A stretch of 64,000 nt of DNA, from NCBI GenBank assembly GCA_030264375.1, contig JASCQW010000027.1:117308256-117372255 (forward strand). Reading direction: 5' to 3'. Position 1 is the stretch's first letter. The number at the start of each line of letters is the position of its first letter. Under the pieces are notes generated by a model. That model was not told where the DNA came from, did no database searches, and saw nothing but the letters and a program-made list of their open reading frames with translations. Positions 52,281 through 64,000 of this stretch are shown here, in pieces. The translations under genes were made by a program, and so were the position numbers. This DNA is from Carcharhinus longimanus. Lineage: Eukaryota.

Positions 52281-54397
52281 CTAAAAAAAATTAGATTTTA
52301 TTCTCAAGTGTAAATAAACAAACAAACAATTACATAATTGATCCATGAATAAAACAAAAAAAAACTGGACATACAGCAGGTTGGTCAGTATTTCAAATGC
52401 AACTTTCCAGGTTCAGGCTTTAAAACAAACAAATAAAAAAATCAGCCAACCAAAATGAAATGGGGAAGAGCAAAGACAAATTAGAATCAATTAAGCTACT
52501 ATAAACATTTTTATTGGCTTTACTATACAACCTGATTGAAGTTACACATACTACAACTCGGTGAACACTTTACATCCTCAGCCTTTTAAAACAAAGGCAG
52601 TTGATGGAAGTGCTGGACAGTATACAAGGTGTGGCCTCAATTTGATTATGAAAAGGCATTAGAAAGAAAAAGGTAAATAATTAGTTCATAGTTTTTTTTA
52701 GTGTCACAAGTAGGCTGACATTAACACTACAATGAAATTGCTGTATCCCATAGTCACTACATTCTGGTGCCTGTTTGGGTACACGGAGGGAGAATTTAAC
52801 ATTGCCAACACATCTTTCAGGCTACGAGAGGAAAACAGTGCACCCAGAGGAAACCCGGTTACACCTGATGATGCAACAACCCAAATATGATAATGCAGCT
52901 TCACCAGCTCTCAACACCAAACATTTATATTAAGACAGATCCTGCGCTTTCAATTACTTCGATTTGCAAAACTAATTCAAATCGAAGGCGAATAAAATTT
53001 AGCAAAGTCTCCAGTTAGTCAAACACAGGTAAATTTTTCACTACTAAAATTGCAAAAGATTGATAAAATGCACTACAGACCCATCCTAAAAAGCAACTCA
53101 AGTCAATAGTACCAAAGTTTCCAAACACTTGAAATTTCTTTTGGTTATCTTGTCCCCAAGAAGGCTGTCGCTCCATTTTATCACTACAGCATTACCAACT
53201 TACATTTGCACTTTTCCAAAGTTACAGGAACTGCAGAGAGTTTTCAAATGTGTCTCAGAAGCCTAATCACCATTATTGTATTCAACATGGCTCCTTAGTT
53301 GGTAATCTAAGTTCTGTTGAGCAGCTCTGGAAACTGCACTCGTGAATTGGTCATTGCTTGGATCAACTATACAGCCTGACATTGCGCATCAAAACGTGGT
53401 TTAACATAATGCCTCCCATTCATACCTTGCGAGTCACTCAAATTACACTCTGCCTCTTCCACTCACTTCCAAGAATCAGCAGGATAGTCAGAATCCACTT
53501 TTCCCTCAGGTGATTAATGGATAACAAAAGCAACACCCTGTTTTCTCTCTCTCCTACTGTTGTCTCTCTTCAACCCTACCCATACTTTAGATGTCAATTG
53601 AACTACATTGATCAAATGCCTTCAGGCTGCAAATGTTCAGTGTTTCTTAAAACCTCATTCTTTCACGGGATGGCAGCATGTATTGCCCATCCCTAATTGC
53701 TACTGAACTGCATGGCTTGCTAATCCAATACAAAAAGAGTAGCTAAGAGTCAACCACGGTGTTGTGGTCTGGAGCCATATCAGTCCAGGTAAGAATGGCA
53801 GATTTTCTTCTCTAAAGGACATTAATGAACCAGATGAATGTTTATGACAATTGGCGATCTTTTTATGGTCACTCTTTTCAAAACTAGCTTTCAATTCCTG
53901 ATTTTATCAATTGAATTTAAATTTGACTAGCTGTCCTGGTCAGATTTGAACCCCTGGCCTCATTACTGTACCTTAACCTCCCCCAATGTAGATGATTTTA
54001 TTCCCCAGCACCTTTGATGATCCGAAATATAAAAAGTATCGAAAAGCGTAATGGAATGTTTTTTGAATCATGGAGGATGGCATTCAGATGTCAGGAAGCA
54101 ATGCTTCAGTTGAATACAGTCATGGCCATGCTCTATGTAGAATGCTACACTCAGGTTTGGGAACTGACCCTCAGGAAAAATATACTGCCACTGAATGGCA
54201 ACAGTGCAGTCACTACAATTATACCAGAGCTTATTAAAGAGTTACGTTGAGGACAGGTTCTGAAGACTCTGCATATCACCTTGAGTTTAGATGGTTACCA
54301 GCTGATTAACAGACGTATTTAAAGTGACCGGGGATTTGATACAACAGAAAATGCCATAAACAGGCAGCACAAGTGGACAGTGAAACAGTAAACATTT

Positions 54398-57300
54398 TGA
54401 TACAACTCTTCCAAGGCAGGTGTCCCTTCGCCAAATTTAGATTTATTTGCATAGTAAGCAACACTTGGACGAGGCTTACTCATACAGAGTATAAACCTGG
54501 AGTGCCTATAACCTTGACACTCCACATTATGTACACATGCAGGGCTGCCCTGACTGGATAAGTTATTATTGCCTTAATCTGGGACCTTGTATTCTAAGTA
54601 GTCTACATTGTGAACCTCGTTAAAGTCACTACATCCCTCCCCCCTCCAGGTAGAGGGAACCTCGGCAGTTTGTTCGTCTTGGGGCATTTAAGTGCCAGAT
54701 CCAGTTTCTCTACGTCTGATGTAGGTAGAGTGTGGTGAACTGGTGCATCTCTTTCGTCTAGAGTAGCGGTCTCCAAACTCCGATCCAGATGCGGCCCACG
54801 GACTGTAGTTTGGAGACCTCTAGTCTAGCGCGAGGCGCGAGTTCACTCTCTTCCTTGGGTAGGGAGGGAGTAAACTTGATGACATCCACCATAGATGGAG
54901 ATGGTGAGCAGGAGCCGATGATTCCCAGAAGTCTTTCCAAGGCTCCCAACGTGCTGGGCATTGTTTGTTGCTGAAAGGCCTGAGATATGATCCCGGACAA
55001 TATCCGGTATGTGGACTTTGTATGAAACCAGCCCTGTCCGAGCCCACCATGCCTTGTAACCACACAGGGCCATTCCCATGATTCAACAATACTTGATCAT
55101 TTGCCTTTAAGTGTCTCTTACAGTTGGATGGGTCAGCAGCCCTGGCTCAGGACAACAACTCTTGATCCCCATAACAGTATGCCATTGACTATGGTCAGTT
55201 GCTCTCTGGACTCCAATAGTGGGGAATTTGAGTTCGCTTCCTCTGTCAATGTTAACTGTTTCAATTTAACGAGAACTGGATCTTTTGAGTCCACAGTCAA
55301 ATATTAGTTGCAATCACTGGGGAGAATTTACAAAAAATTGTTATGGTCTCTTCCATTTGGGGTACCACTGATGGGGTGTCTGCTAATGGTAGCTGTCTTA
55401 AGGCATTAGTTAGTCAGTGTCCTAGACAGTGTTCCAATTAGTAATCATAGGTGAGAATGATAAGCCCACTGCTGAGTTTGGGCCGATGCTATGAGCAGCA
55501 GTCCCAGTGGTGGCTTGTGGTCTATGATCATGATTTTCCACCCATACAGCTACTGGTAGCATTTTTTTTAAGAACAAATATCAGCCCCAACCCTTTTTTG
55601 AAGTGAGCATATTTGTGTTCAGTGATAGCCAAGGTCCTGGAAGCTTATCCAATTGGGTGTTCCTTTCTGTTTGGCCATAAGGCGATGCATCACAGGTCAG
55701 TAATAATTCTTTCCTCTGATCTTATTGTGCCAGAACATTGAAGGAGGAAGGCTGTTGCTTTACTTTAATGAAAGCCAAGGATTGACTGGAAGACCACTCC
55801 CAAGGCTAATCTTTTGTTTACTAGTTCATATATTGGAGCCAGGCTAAGCAAGATGGAGTATAAATTGCCCGCAGTAAGTTACCAATCCCAGAAATGATCT
55901 TAATTCTTAGAAGGACATGGGAACCTTTGATTGCTCACACCTAGTCCTCCAAAAGGGTGTAGACCAGACATGCTTCTCCGTAGCCTAGATAGGTCACTTG
56001 GGAAACATGGAATTTTTCCCTCTTTATGTAAGAACATAAGAAATAGGAGCAGGAGTAGGCCATCTAGCCCTTCGAGCCTGCCCCGCCATAAGATCATGGC
56101 TGATCTGAAGTNNNNNNNNNNNNNNNNNNNNNNNNNNNNNNNNNNNNNNNNNNNNNNNNNNNNNNNNNNNNNNNNNNNNNNNNNNNNNNNNNNNNNNNNN
56201 NNNNNNNNNNNTCTATCCCCCTCGCTATAAAGGCCAACATCCCATTCGCCTTCTTGATCACCTGCTGCACCTGCAGACTGGGTTTTTGTGACTCATGCAC
56301 AAGGACCTCTAGGTCCCTCTGCACCATAGCATGCTGTGCATGCTAGGCTTATGTCTGCCTTGAAAAATTGACTTGGAACTTTAAGATTCTCTAGGCGGTC
56401 CTCATTTATTTTTCCTGTTATGAAGGCCGTCATCAAGATAAATAACCTGAGGTAGACCTTGTTCTCCATTGTTCAGTGGAAGATTGAGCAGACTGACAAA
56501 AAAGGCTCGAGTGAGAGTTGCATTTCCCCAGGAATTCTCATCTAGCTAGCTGTAAATGTAAGTGTGATGCATATCAAGTTTTGAACAGAAGACTCCTCCT
56601 ACCAAGTACACAGATAAATCCTTGACTGGGGGAGAAATAGTTTACCACTTGTTTAGTATCCCTGCAAAGGCAGACTGATCACCTAGTTTCAAAATTGGTA
56701 TGATCAATGCTGTCCGTTCCACAAATTGGACTGGTTTGATGACACCTTCATTCCCAGTTTTTGGATTTCTGTTTCAACCTTTCCCCCATCAGGCAAAATG
56801 GTGCTGGGCAGACCTTGCAAACAAATCGTGGAATCTCTAACTGGCCAACATAAGGTCACCTTGGCTCCTTTGATAGTCACCAAACCTTCCTGGAAAATTT
56901 CGGGGTATTTATGCAAGACTTCACTCAGGCACTAATTAACTACCGGAAAGGTGTCGAGCCAATCGAGGTGGGTGTCTTGCAGCCAATTTTGCTCCATTAG
57001 GCTTGGCCCAAGACTTCCAATACAATCCTTGGTAACCGAACCAGCTTTCTTTCATAGGAGACAGCAACATAGGTAGTACCCAGAATTGTCAAAGGTGCCC
57101 CTGGTATAGGCTGAGAGCCTTAAGGGCTAGAGACCAGTGAATTTTATGGAACCGATTCTGTGACCACTGATATGGCCACACCAGTATTGACCTCCATTAG
57201 TATATTTATCTTGATCGGGTCCAAATGGATATCGATACGCAATCTAAATTGTTCTAGGTGGACCTTCCAGGTGTGAACTTTCCTGCAATAGCGGGCCTAT

Positions 57301-58272
57301 TAGTTGCCTTTCTAAACCGAGATCTCGTAGGACTCCTTTACTGTTTCGGTTCCACATACCGGCAACAATTACAATCCATCAATTACTAGGCAGGATTCTG
57401 AAGGGACTTGTAACTGTTTGGTTAAGTTTGGCTTTGCTTTGGGCAGACCTGGAGTTACATGTAGCTGGATACTTTGAGTCCAAGCGCTCAAATAATGGTT
57501 CCCGAACTCAGTCAAACCGGCATAGGTGTCCACTTCCATTGGAATATCTTGCAATTTTTCAGTGATAAGATCAACTGTTTGAAGTTTGGTTGAGCTTTAG
57601 CTAATAAGTGTTTCTGAATAGTTATTAATCCCGCATACCAGCCGGTCTGTAAGCATCTCGTCAAGGGTTAAACCAAATTCACATACTGCTTCTACCAACT
57701 GTCTTAACCTTGGTAGGAAACCCATAACAGATTCCCCTGGCTCTTGAATTGCAGAGTAAAAACTACAACATCTGAGATTTTGGTATCCAGTGTCTCAGGG
57801 AAAGTTGAACTCCAAAATGACACAAAATGCTGAAGCACCATAGGCAGTCGGAAAAAGCGTCCTTCACTTTTCACCTGCTGTAACGCCATTTGCCCGAAAA
57901 AGGTGAGACAGACGCTCCACATTTGGGCCCAGTCCTCGGCAGCAGGTTGAACTAGTCTAATCTTCTGAACAAAGGCATGATGCATAAGAATGGCTTACCC
58001 CAACTTAGGCCAACTGTTGCAAGCAAGTTCCTTCGGGATTGTGCTTTACCCCATCACCATTGAAATAATTCCTCTGAGGTAGGAGTCCCTTCACCAAATT
58101 TAAATTTATTTACATAGGAAGCAATATCAGACAGGTACTTCCTCATACAGAGTCTGAACCTTAAGTGCCAGTAACTCTTGACACTATGGACACTACTATG
58201 GATATTACTGCCTTAATCTGGAAGCTTGTGTTCTAAGAAATCCATATTGTGGGCCTGGTTAATATCATTACA
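54398..58272 (-). mobile_element. Decayed Ty3/Gypsy (Mag-like) LTR retrotransposon with both LTRs
   Basis: LTRs at 58061-58272 and 54398-54633 (TG..CA); TSD CATTT at 54393-54397 and 58273-58277; PBS-like TGGTGATGGGG at 58049-58059; PPT at 54634-54647. Coding remnants: protease MEVNTGVA (about 57175-57197), KYPEIFQEG, RT YLDD (56429-56440), RNase H CDASPYG (about 55674-55694), and integrase C-terminus TGLVSYKV. Confidence 0.9.
56028..56330 (-). mobile_element. Young CR1 nested in the Gypsy element (spans a gap)
   Basis: VQRDLEVLVH..KKANGMLAFIARGI and the young-family tail. Confidence 0.85.
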
Positions 58273-59838
58273 CATTTTGGATCAATGACCTTGTTTTTAA
58301 ATAACTGGTAGGCATAGATTGTTAAGAGTGACCCACTCAATGGTTAGGCCATGTGATCTGGCTACTGATGTTGCAAGTTAAATCAATATTATGAAACATG
58401 CTTGCCAGTTTAAACTGGAAAGTCACAGTAGCAATATTGTTTTTACTCCAAGTAATTTGCAAACATTTTAATCGCACTGTCTCAAAAAAGACTATGGGCT
58501 TTGTATACACTAAGGTACAATAACTTTTGGTTGTTTAAAATAACTTTAGATAGCTGCATCTTGAAAATACTTAAGAGTATGCCCCTAATAAGAACGTTTT
58601 ACCATTAAATAGAGTTGTGTTAAGCTGCACGCTACATAAGAGTTTTGCTTTTCAAAAAAAGCAAAAGTTTGGAAGGAATTTCTCAGAAGTCAGCTTCAAG
58701 AGATTAGATTCTGTGTTTTAACAGTTAAGCTTTTAAGAAAACAATGATAAAACCTAAAGTGATTAATACAAGTACACTAAGTGGACTGAAGCTGGTGTTA
58801 AAATAATACAATTTAGAAAATCTAGACTTTTTGTTGGAAAATGGATTCACTAGAACAAAAGTTAATTAAAACGTGAGATCAAAAACTCAAGCAATAAGTG
58901 AAGAAATAGCCACTTCCCTAATTTGATCAAATTTCATTTATGTATTATAACGCTAATGACAACAAGTACTAAAAATGCACCATAGGGACAGGAGAAAAGA
59001 GTTATGAATTACCATTTCTACATGAGAAACGCTGACAAGAGAAATATCTGTGAGTACCTTCCAAGGTAGAAAGAAGGTTGACACTGCACTGGAGATGGGA
59101 GTAACAGGTATCCAACATCTGAAAAGATAGCCCTTCTTCTGGACACAAAAGTTGGTAAACTTCTCACATTTTGAGGTTGGAAATAGACTGGAAGAGGAAT
59201 GTCATTCTCTCCAGGATTATCCCAGAATACAAAATTACACTACAATTTAAAGAGCTCCAGTCAGAATTGGCAGTGGGAAGACAAGATGTACATTTCCAAT
59301 ACTTTCTGTTTTTATTTCAAGTTTGCAGCAATCATAATCTTGCACTTGTGTTCAATCCTATAACTTCCCTTCATGGAAACTGACAAAAATGCTGTATTCT
59401 TTAAGGGGATTGCTGAAATGTATGTGTCAATCACTTTTTCCTTTAATGCTTCACTAACAACAAAATGATTCACTTTGTTACTCACTGGGATAAAAATCCC
59501 AAAGCCTTGCTTAAGAATACACCTATTTACTAACTGCCATTTGTGCTCAAGTTTCCAGGTGATGATTACAGCAAGAGTCCCAATGCAATACCACATCATG
59601 GGATACAACAAGCATCCATCAACAACTGATGGTTGAAGGCTTGGGAATTACCTCAACTCCCCAGTGTACGCAGCCAACTGTGTTTCCCCATCGCTTTCTG
59701 CTGTTATGATTAGCAGTTAGTTGTACGAGTGAAGAAACAAAACTTGCAGCATTGTCTAGGGACGTCTTAGCCCATCTCAAAAGGTGACTTAGTCCCGCTT
59801 CACCTGGTGAAAAAGCAACTTAATGAATCAACATATGA

Positions 59839-62613
59839 CAGTGCTTCCCAAACTTTTCCCATTCTGAGGCTTGCAAATTGCTGTGACCCCAGAGTGAGGA
59901 AAGCAGGGGGCCAGCTGCGAGGCTGAAGAGTTGTTTGAATTTTCAGGTTTTAAAATAACAAGTGCCTATCTTTTCTGCAACAGAAATCAGACCTCAAAAG
60001 ATTGGCTGTGTCCATCATTAAAAAAAACAAGGATTTCAAGGGCCCTTTCAGCCCCACAACCAGAGGACTTCTCAATCCACGAATGAACTGCACAGCGATC
60101 TCAGGCAAGGCTAGGGGACAAAGTCTGCCTCCTAATCAACACCTTGCAGTGTCTAGATGTAGCAATACTGGCGAAATTCTGTTCCCCGGCCCTAGAATGT
60201 GATGCTAAAACACCACCCCAACTAATTTCTGAGAGAGTTCACCTCTGTTATCCTGACTGCAGTTTACATCCCACCCCACACGGATGTGAAAACCGCACTG
60301 GACAAAATATACACCATTTAAAATAGCTTTGAGACAAAATATCTTGAGGCCTTGTTCATCAGGGACTTCAATCTTGCCAAGCTCAAGAGTGTTCTACCAA
60401 AATACCACCAACATGTCTCCTGCTCCACCAGGAGCCCAAACATCCTAGACACTGCTATACAATAGCAAACATGTCTACTGCTCTATCGCCCAACCACCCT
60501 TTGGCAAATCAGACCACAAGACTGTGCTCCTGCTCCTGGCTTATGAGAGAAAACTGAAAACGGGAGAATCCTTCAAAAAAAAAACAGTTGTGCAGTGTTG
60601 GTCTGAGGAATTGGATGATCTCCTAAAGGACTGCTTAGAGTCAGTAGATTCGTCAACATTTAAAAACTCTGAGACCAGCCTGAATGAGTATGCCATGACA
60701 GTAACTGACACCATGAGTAAGTGTGTAGAAGACTGTGTGCCAAAGAAGCAAATCAGTGTTTTCCAACGTGAAACCATGGATGAACAAGGACATCCACTGC
60801 TTGAAGTCCAGGTCTGAGGCATTCAAGTTAGGTGACGCTGACCAATACAAGAAAGCCAAATATGATCAAAGGAGATCCAAAGATGCCAAAAGACAATACT
60901 GGACCAAGCTAGAATCCCAGGCCAGCCACATCAACCCTCGCTGACTACAGAAAGGTCTGCAAGATAAAGGCATGCAAAAAAAAAATCACAGGCACCAATG
61001 CACCCCTCCCTGATGAGCACAATGCATTATGTATCCATTTTGAGCAAGAGGTCATCGAAAGTACGCCCTCCACCCCAGAAGCCTCAGCTGAACCTGTATC
61101 TGAAGTCACCATTGTAGATGTCAGAGCAGTTTTCCTGAAGATCAACCCACAGAACACGACTGACCTGAATGGGGCACTTAGATCCTGGCGTGGACTGGCT
61201 GGCAGGACTTTTGCAGACATCTTCAGCCTCTCATGGTAACAATCTGAGGTCCCTATCTGCTTCAAGGAGATGATCATCATCCTGGTACCAAAGAAAGGTT
61301 ATGCAGCATGCCTTAATGACTATTATCCGGTGGCTCTGACATCCATAATTAAGAAGTGCTTCGAATGGTTAGTTATGGCACGAATNNNNNNNNNNNNNNN
61401 NNNNNNNNNNNNNNNNNNNNNNNNNNNNNNNNNNNNNCACCATCTTCCTGGCCCTGCACTCAACCCTGGAACACCTACACAACAGCAACACCTATGTCAG
61501 ACTCCTATTTGTCGACTACAGCTCGGCCTCCAACACCATTATTCTTCCAAAACCCAACTGCAAACTCCATGGCCTGGGGTTCAGCTCCTCCCTCTGCAAC
61601 TGGATCATGAACTTCCTAACCCACAGACTGCACTAAGATAGGCAGCAACACCTCCTCCACAATCATCTCAACACCTGTGCCCTACAACACTGTGTTCTCA
61701 GCCCCTTACTATACTCCTTATGACTGTGGCCAAATTCCCATCCAACTTGATTTTCAAGTCTGCTGATGACACCACCATAGTGGGTCAGATCTCAAACAAT
61801 GAGAAGACAGTAAAGGAAAGAGAATCTGGTGAACTTGTGCAACAACAATAATCTCTCCCTCAATGCCAACAAAACAAGGGAGAAACTCATCAACTTCAGG
61901 AAGCGTAGTGGAGAACATACCTCTGTCAACATCATCAACAGGGACAATGTAGAAATAGTCAAGAGCTTCAAGTTTTTAGGTATCCAGATCACAGGCAACC
62001 TGTCCTGGTCCCTCCAAGCCGACACTATAGTTAAGAAAGCTCACCGACACCTCTACTTTCTCAAAAGACTAAGGAAATTTGGAATGTCCACTACCCAACT
62101 TTTACAGATACAATGAGAAAGGATGCTTTCTATGGTGTATCACAGCTTGGTGTGGTCTTGGACAGAGCAGGAGCCATAAGGAACTCCAAAGGGTTGTGAA
62201 CGAGGCCCAGTCCATCACTCAAACCAGTCTCCTGTCTACACTTCCTGCTGCCTTGGAAAAACAGCCAACATAATCAAAAACCCCATGCACCCTGGACATG
62301 CCCTCTTACACCATCTTCCACCAGGAAAAAGATATAAAAGTCTGAGGACATGTACCAACTCAAGAACAACTTCTTCTGACAGACTTCTGAATGGGCCTGC
62401 CTTGCATTAAGCTGATCTTTCTCTACACCCTACCTGTGACTGTAACACTACATTCTGCACCCTCTCCTTTTCTTCCCAAAGGATGGTATGCTTTGTCTAT
62501 ATAGTGCTCAAGAAACAATATTTTTCATGTATTTTAATCCACGTGACAACAATAAATCAAATTAAAGCTAAGGCAGAGCTCTATGCCAACTACCTCCACT
62601 TTGGGAAGTCCTG
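59839..62613. mobile_element. Probable old hAT/Charlie-type non-autonomous DNA element split by a Rex1 LINE
   Basis: Terminal inverted repeats cagtgcttcccaaact (59839-59854) and actttgggaagtcctg (62598-62613) match at 13/16 positions; the TSD is not cleanly preserved. Confidence 0.45.
60330..62566 (+). mobile_element. Rex1/Babar LINE, 5'-truncated and decayed (APE end plus RT)
   Basis: [48 protein letters not shown] and FKFLG motifs, ending in a 3' tail with aataaatcaaa. Confidence 0.9.
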
Positions 62614-64000
62614 GCCTAAGGAAGGGCTTGCTATCCTAGCCTGAAGCTCAAGCCATTAACAACAGTGCTCAAGACAGTATACAGTGTGGTTCTAAACCAC
62701 AAAGCCAGAAAGTCTCAAATTTGGATTCTGGTCATTTCTTCACCTGATCAGTGTCTAGTCCTACTCTTAAATAGATGTATGGACATTGGGTAAACTGGTA
62801 TGTTGGTTTTGACTGTAGATTGCAACACTGTCAAAGTGTATTGACACGTAGGCTCATAGAATGAAAGGCCAATTCAGCAAGGTATTCAAGGTTGTCCAGC
62901 AGCCAATAAACGTATTCCAAGTATATTAACAACTATAGGAGAGAAGGGATACTTGGAAGAAAATACCCATGCCCAATTTTAAATTAGCTCAGTGCAGCAG
63001 CCCCATCTTTGACCCACTAACCTAGTTAGGAAACCAGCTCTATCTAAACATTGCTGGGAACAAACAACCCAAATCAAGTAGGAAATGCAATCTTCCAAAG
63101 TAAAATAATCCTTTGTAAAGCAACCAGACTTTGCAATTATTTGAAATGACCTGCCCGAGAAGGAAATAAAGTTTGGATACTTCACTTTGCATCAAAGCAC
63201 ACAAATAAAAATAAATTGTCATTCCAAATTCTAAGATTTAAATGAAGAAAATATTTCTCATCACATCCCTGTTCCCCCCTCCCCCCCACCAACCAAATCA
63301 ACATTGATCAGTTCACAGCATATCAACTACGTACCACTGCTTAAAGCAGAAGGTCATGGGTTAGAAATCCAAAATGGATTGATACAATGAACCTCGGCCG
63401 AGACTTTAGTGCAGTACGGAGGGATTACCGCACAATTAAATGTACCAGCTTTCAATCAAACTTTAATCCAAGACACTATCTGCCTTCCCTTGCAGATGAA
63501 ATCAATCTGATGGTAATATTCAAAACAAGGTAGGGGAATTCTCCAAGTGTCCAACATATACCCAACCATCAGCATCCATAAAGAGAATATCTAGTCCTTT
63601 GGTTGTTGTTGGTTCTTCTGTATGGGAATTCACTGTTTTACTCACCTATAGGATTGCACACAAAAAAATTGGGTAATTGTTGCAGAGTCCATTCCTGACT
63701 TCAGCTTCTTTGCCTCCCTCCATTTAGACCACCCCTTTAGCACCATGGCTTCAATCATACAGGTTCCTGTTCTTGAATTCCCTCCACCCTCCTCTAAGAG
63801 TTTACTGATTCCTCTTTCACCAAGAAAATGAGCTTTGGCTTGACTACACCTGCCTGTTTACAATTCTGTGAAATGCAATGGGACAATTTCCCAAAGTGCA
63901 CTATAAATCCAAAATGTTGCAAGTATAAAATTCACATTTCTGTGAAACTTTCTTTGAGATCATAAATGTGGCAGCATTGGGATTAAAGCATGGTCACAGG

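Noticed and set aside
52957-52987. 10-bp inverted repeat cttcgatttg/caaatcgaag
   Set aside because: It is short and isolated, and compatible with chance.
1-64000. CRISPR arrays, operons or prokaryotic defence systems
   Set aside because: This is eukaryotic intron-exon DNA with no regularly spaced repeats and no long intronless ORFs.

Overview
This is AT-rich, repeat-dense vertebrate genomic DNA; the repeat content (HE1/V-SINE-like, CR1, Penelope, Rex1) points to a shark or other cartilaginous fish. It is a draft assembly with several 100-N gaps. Two spliced genes lie tail to tail. The last three coding exons of GPR137B are on + (354-4714). Coding exons 2-16 of ERO1B (ER oxidoreductin 1 beta) are on - (52280 down to the stop at 11345); they join into an intact 1302-nt frame of 433 aa plus stop, and exon 1 lies beyond the window. 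The introns are filled with decayed retroelements: CR1, L2-like, RTE and Rex1/Babar LINEs, Penelope-like elements, V-SINEs, and a two-LTR Gypsy (Mag-like) element with a 5-bp target-site duplication (TSD). Most notable are: (i) Penelope-derived mini-elements carrying minimal hammerhead-ribozyme cores, one locked inside a near-perfect hairpin; (ii) a local duplication with a fold-back junction bracketing ERO1B exon 15; (iii) a GC-AG intron and a 12-nt microexon in ERO1B; (iv) Ser at the position of the ERO1B-specific Cys262. I found no convincing evidence of a wholly new biological system. Repeat boundaries are approximate, and homology calls come from recognition, not database searches.
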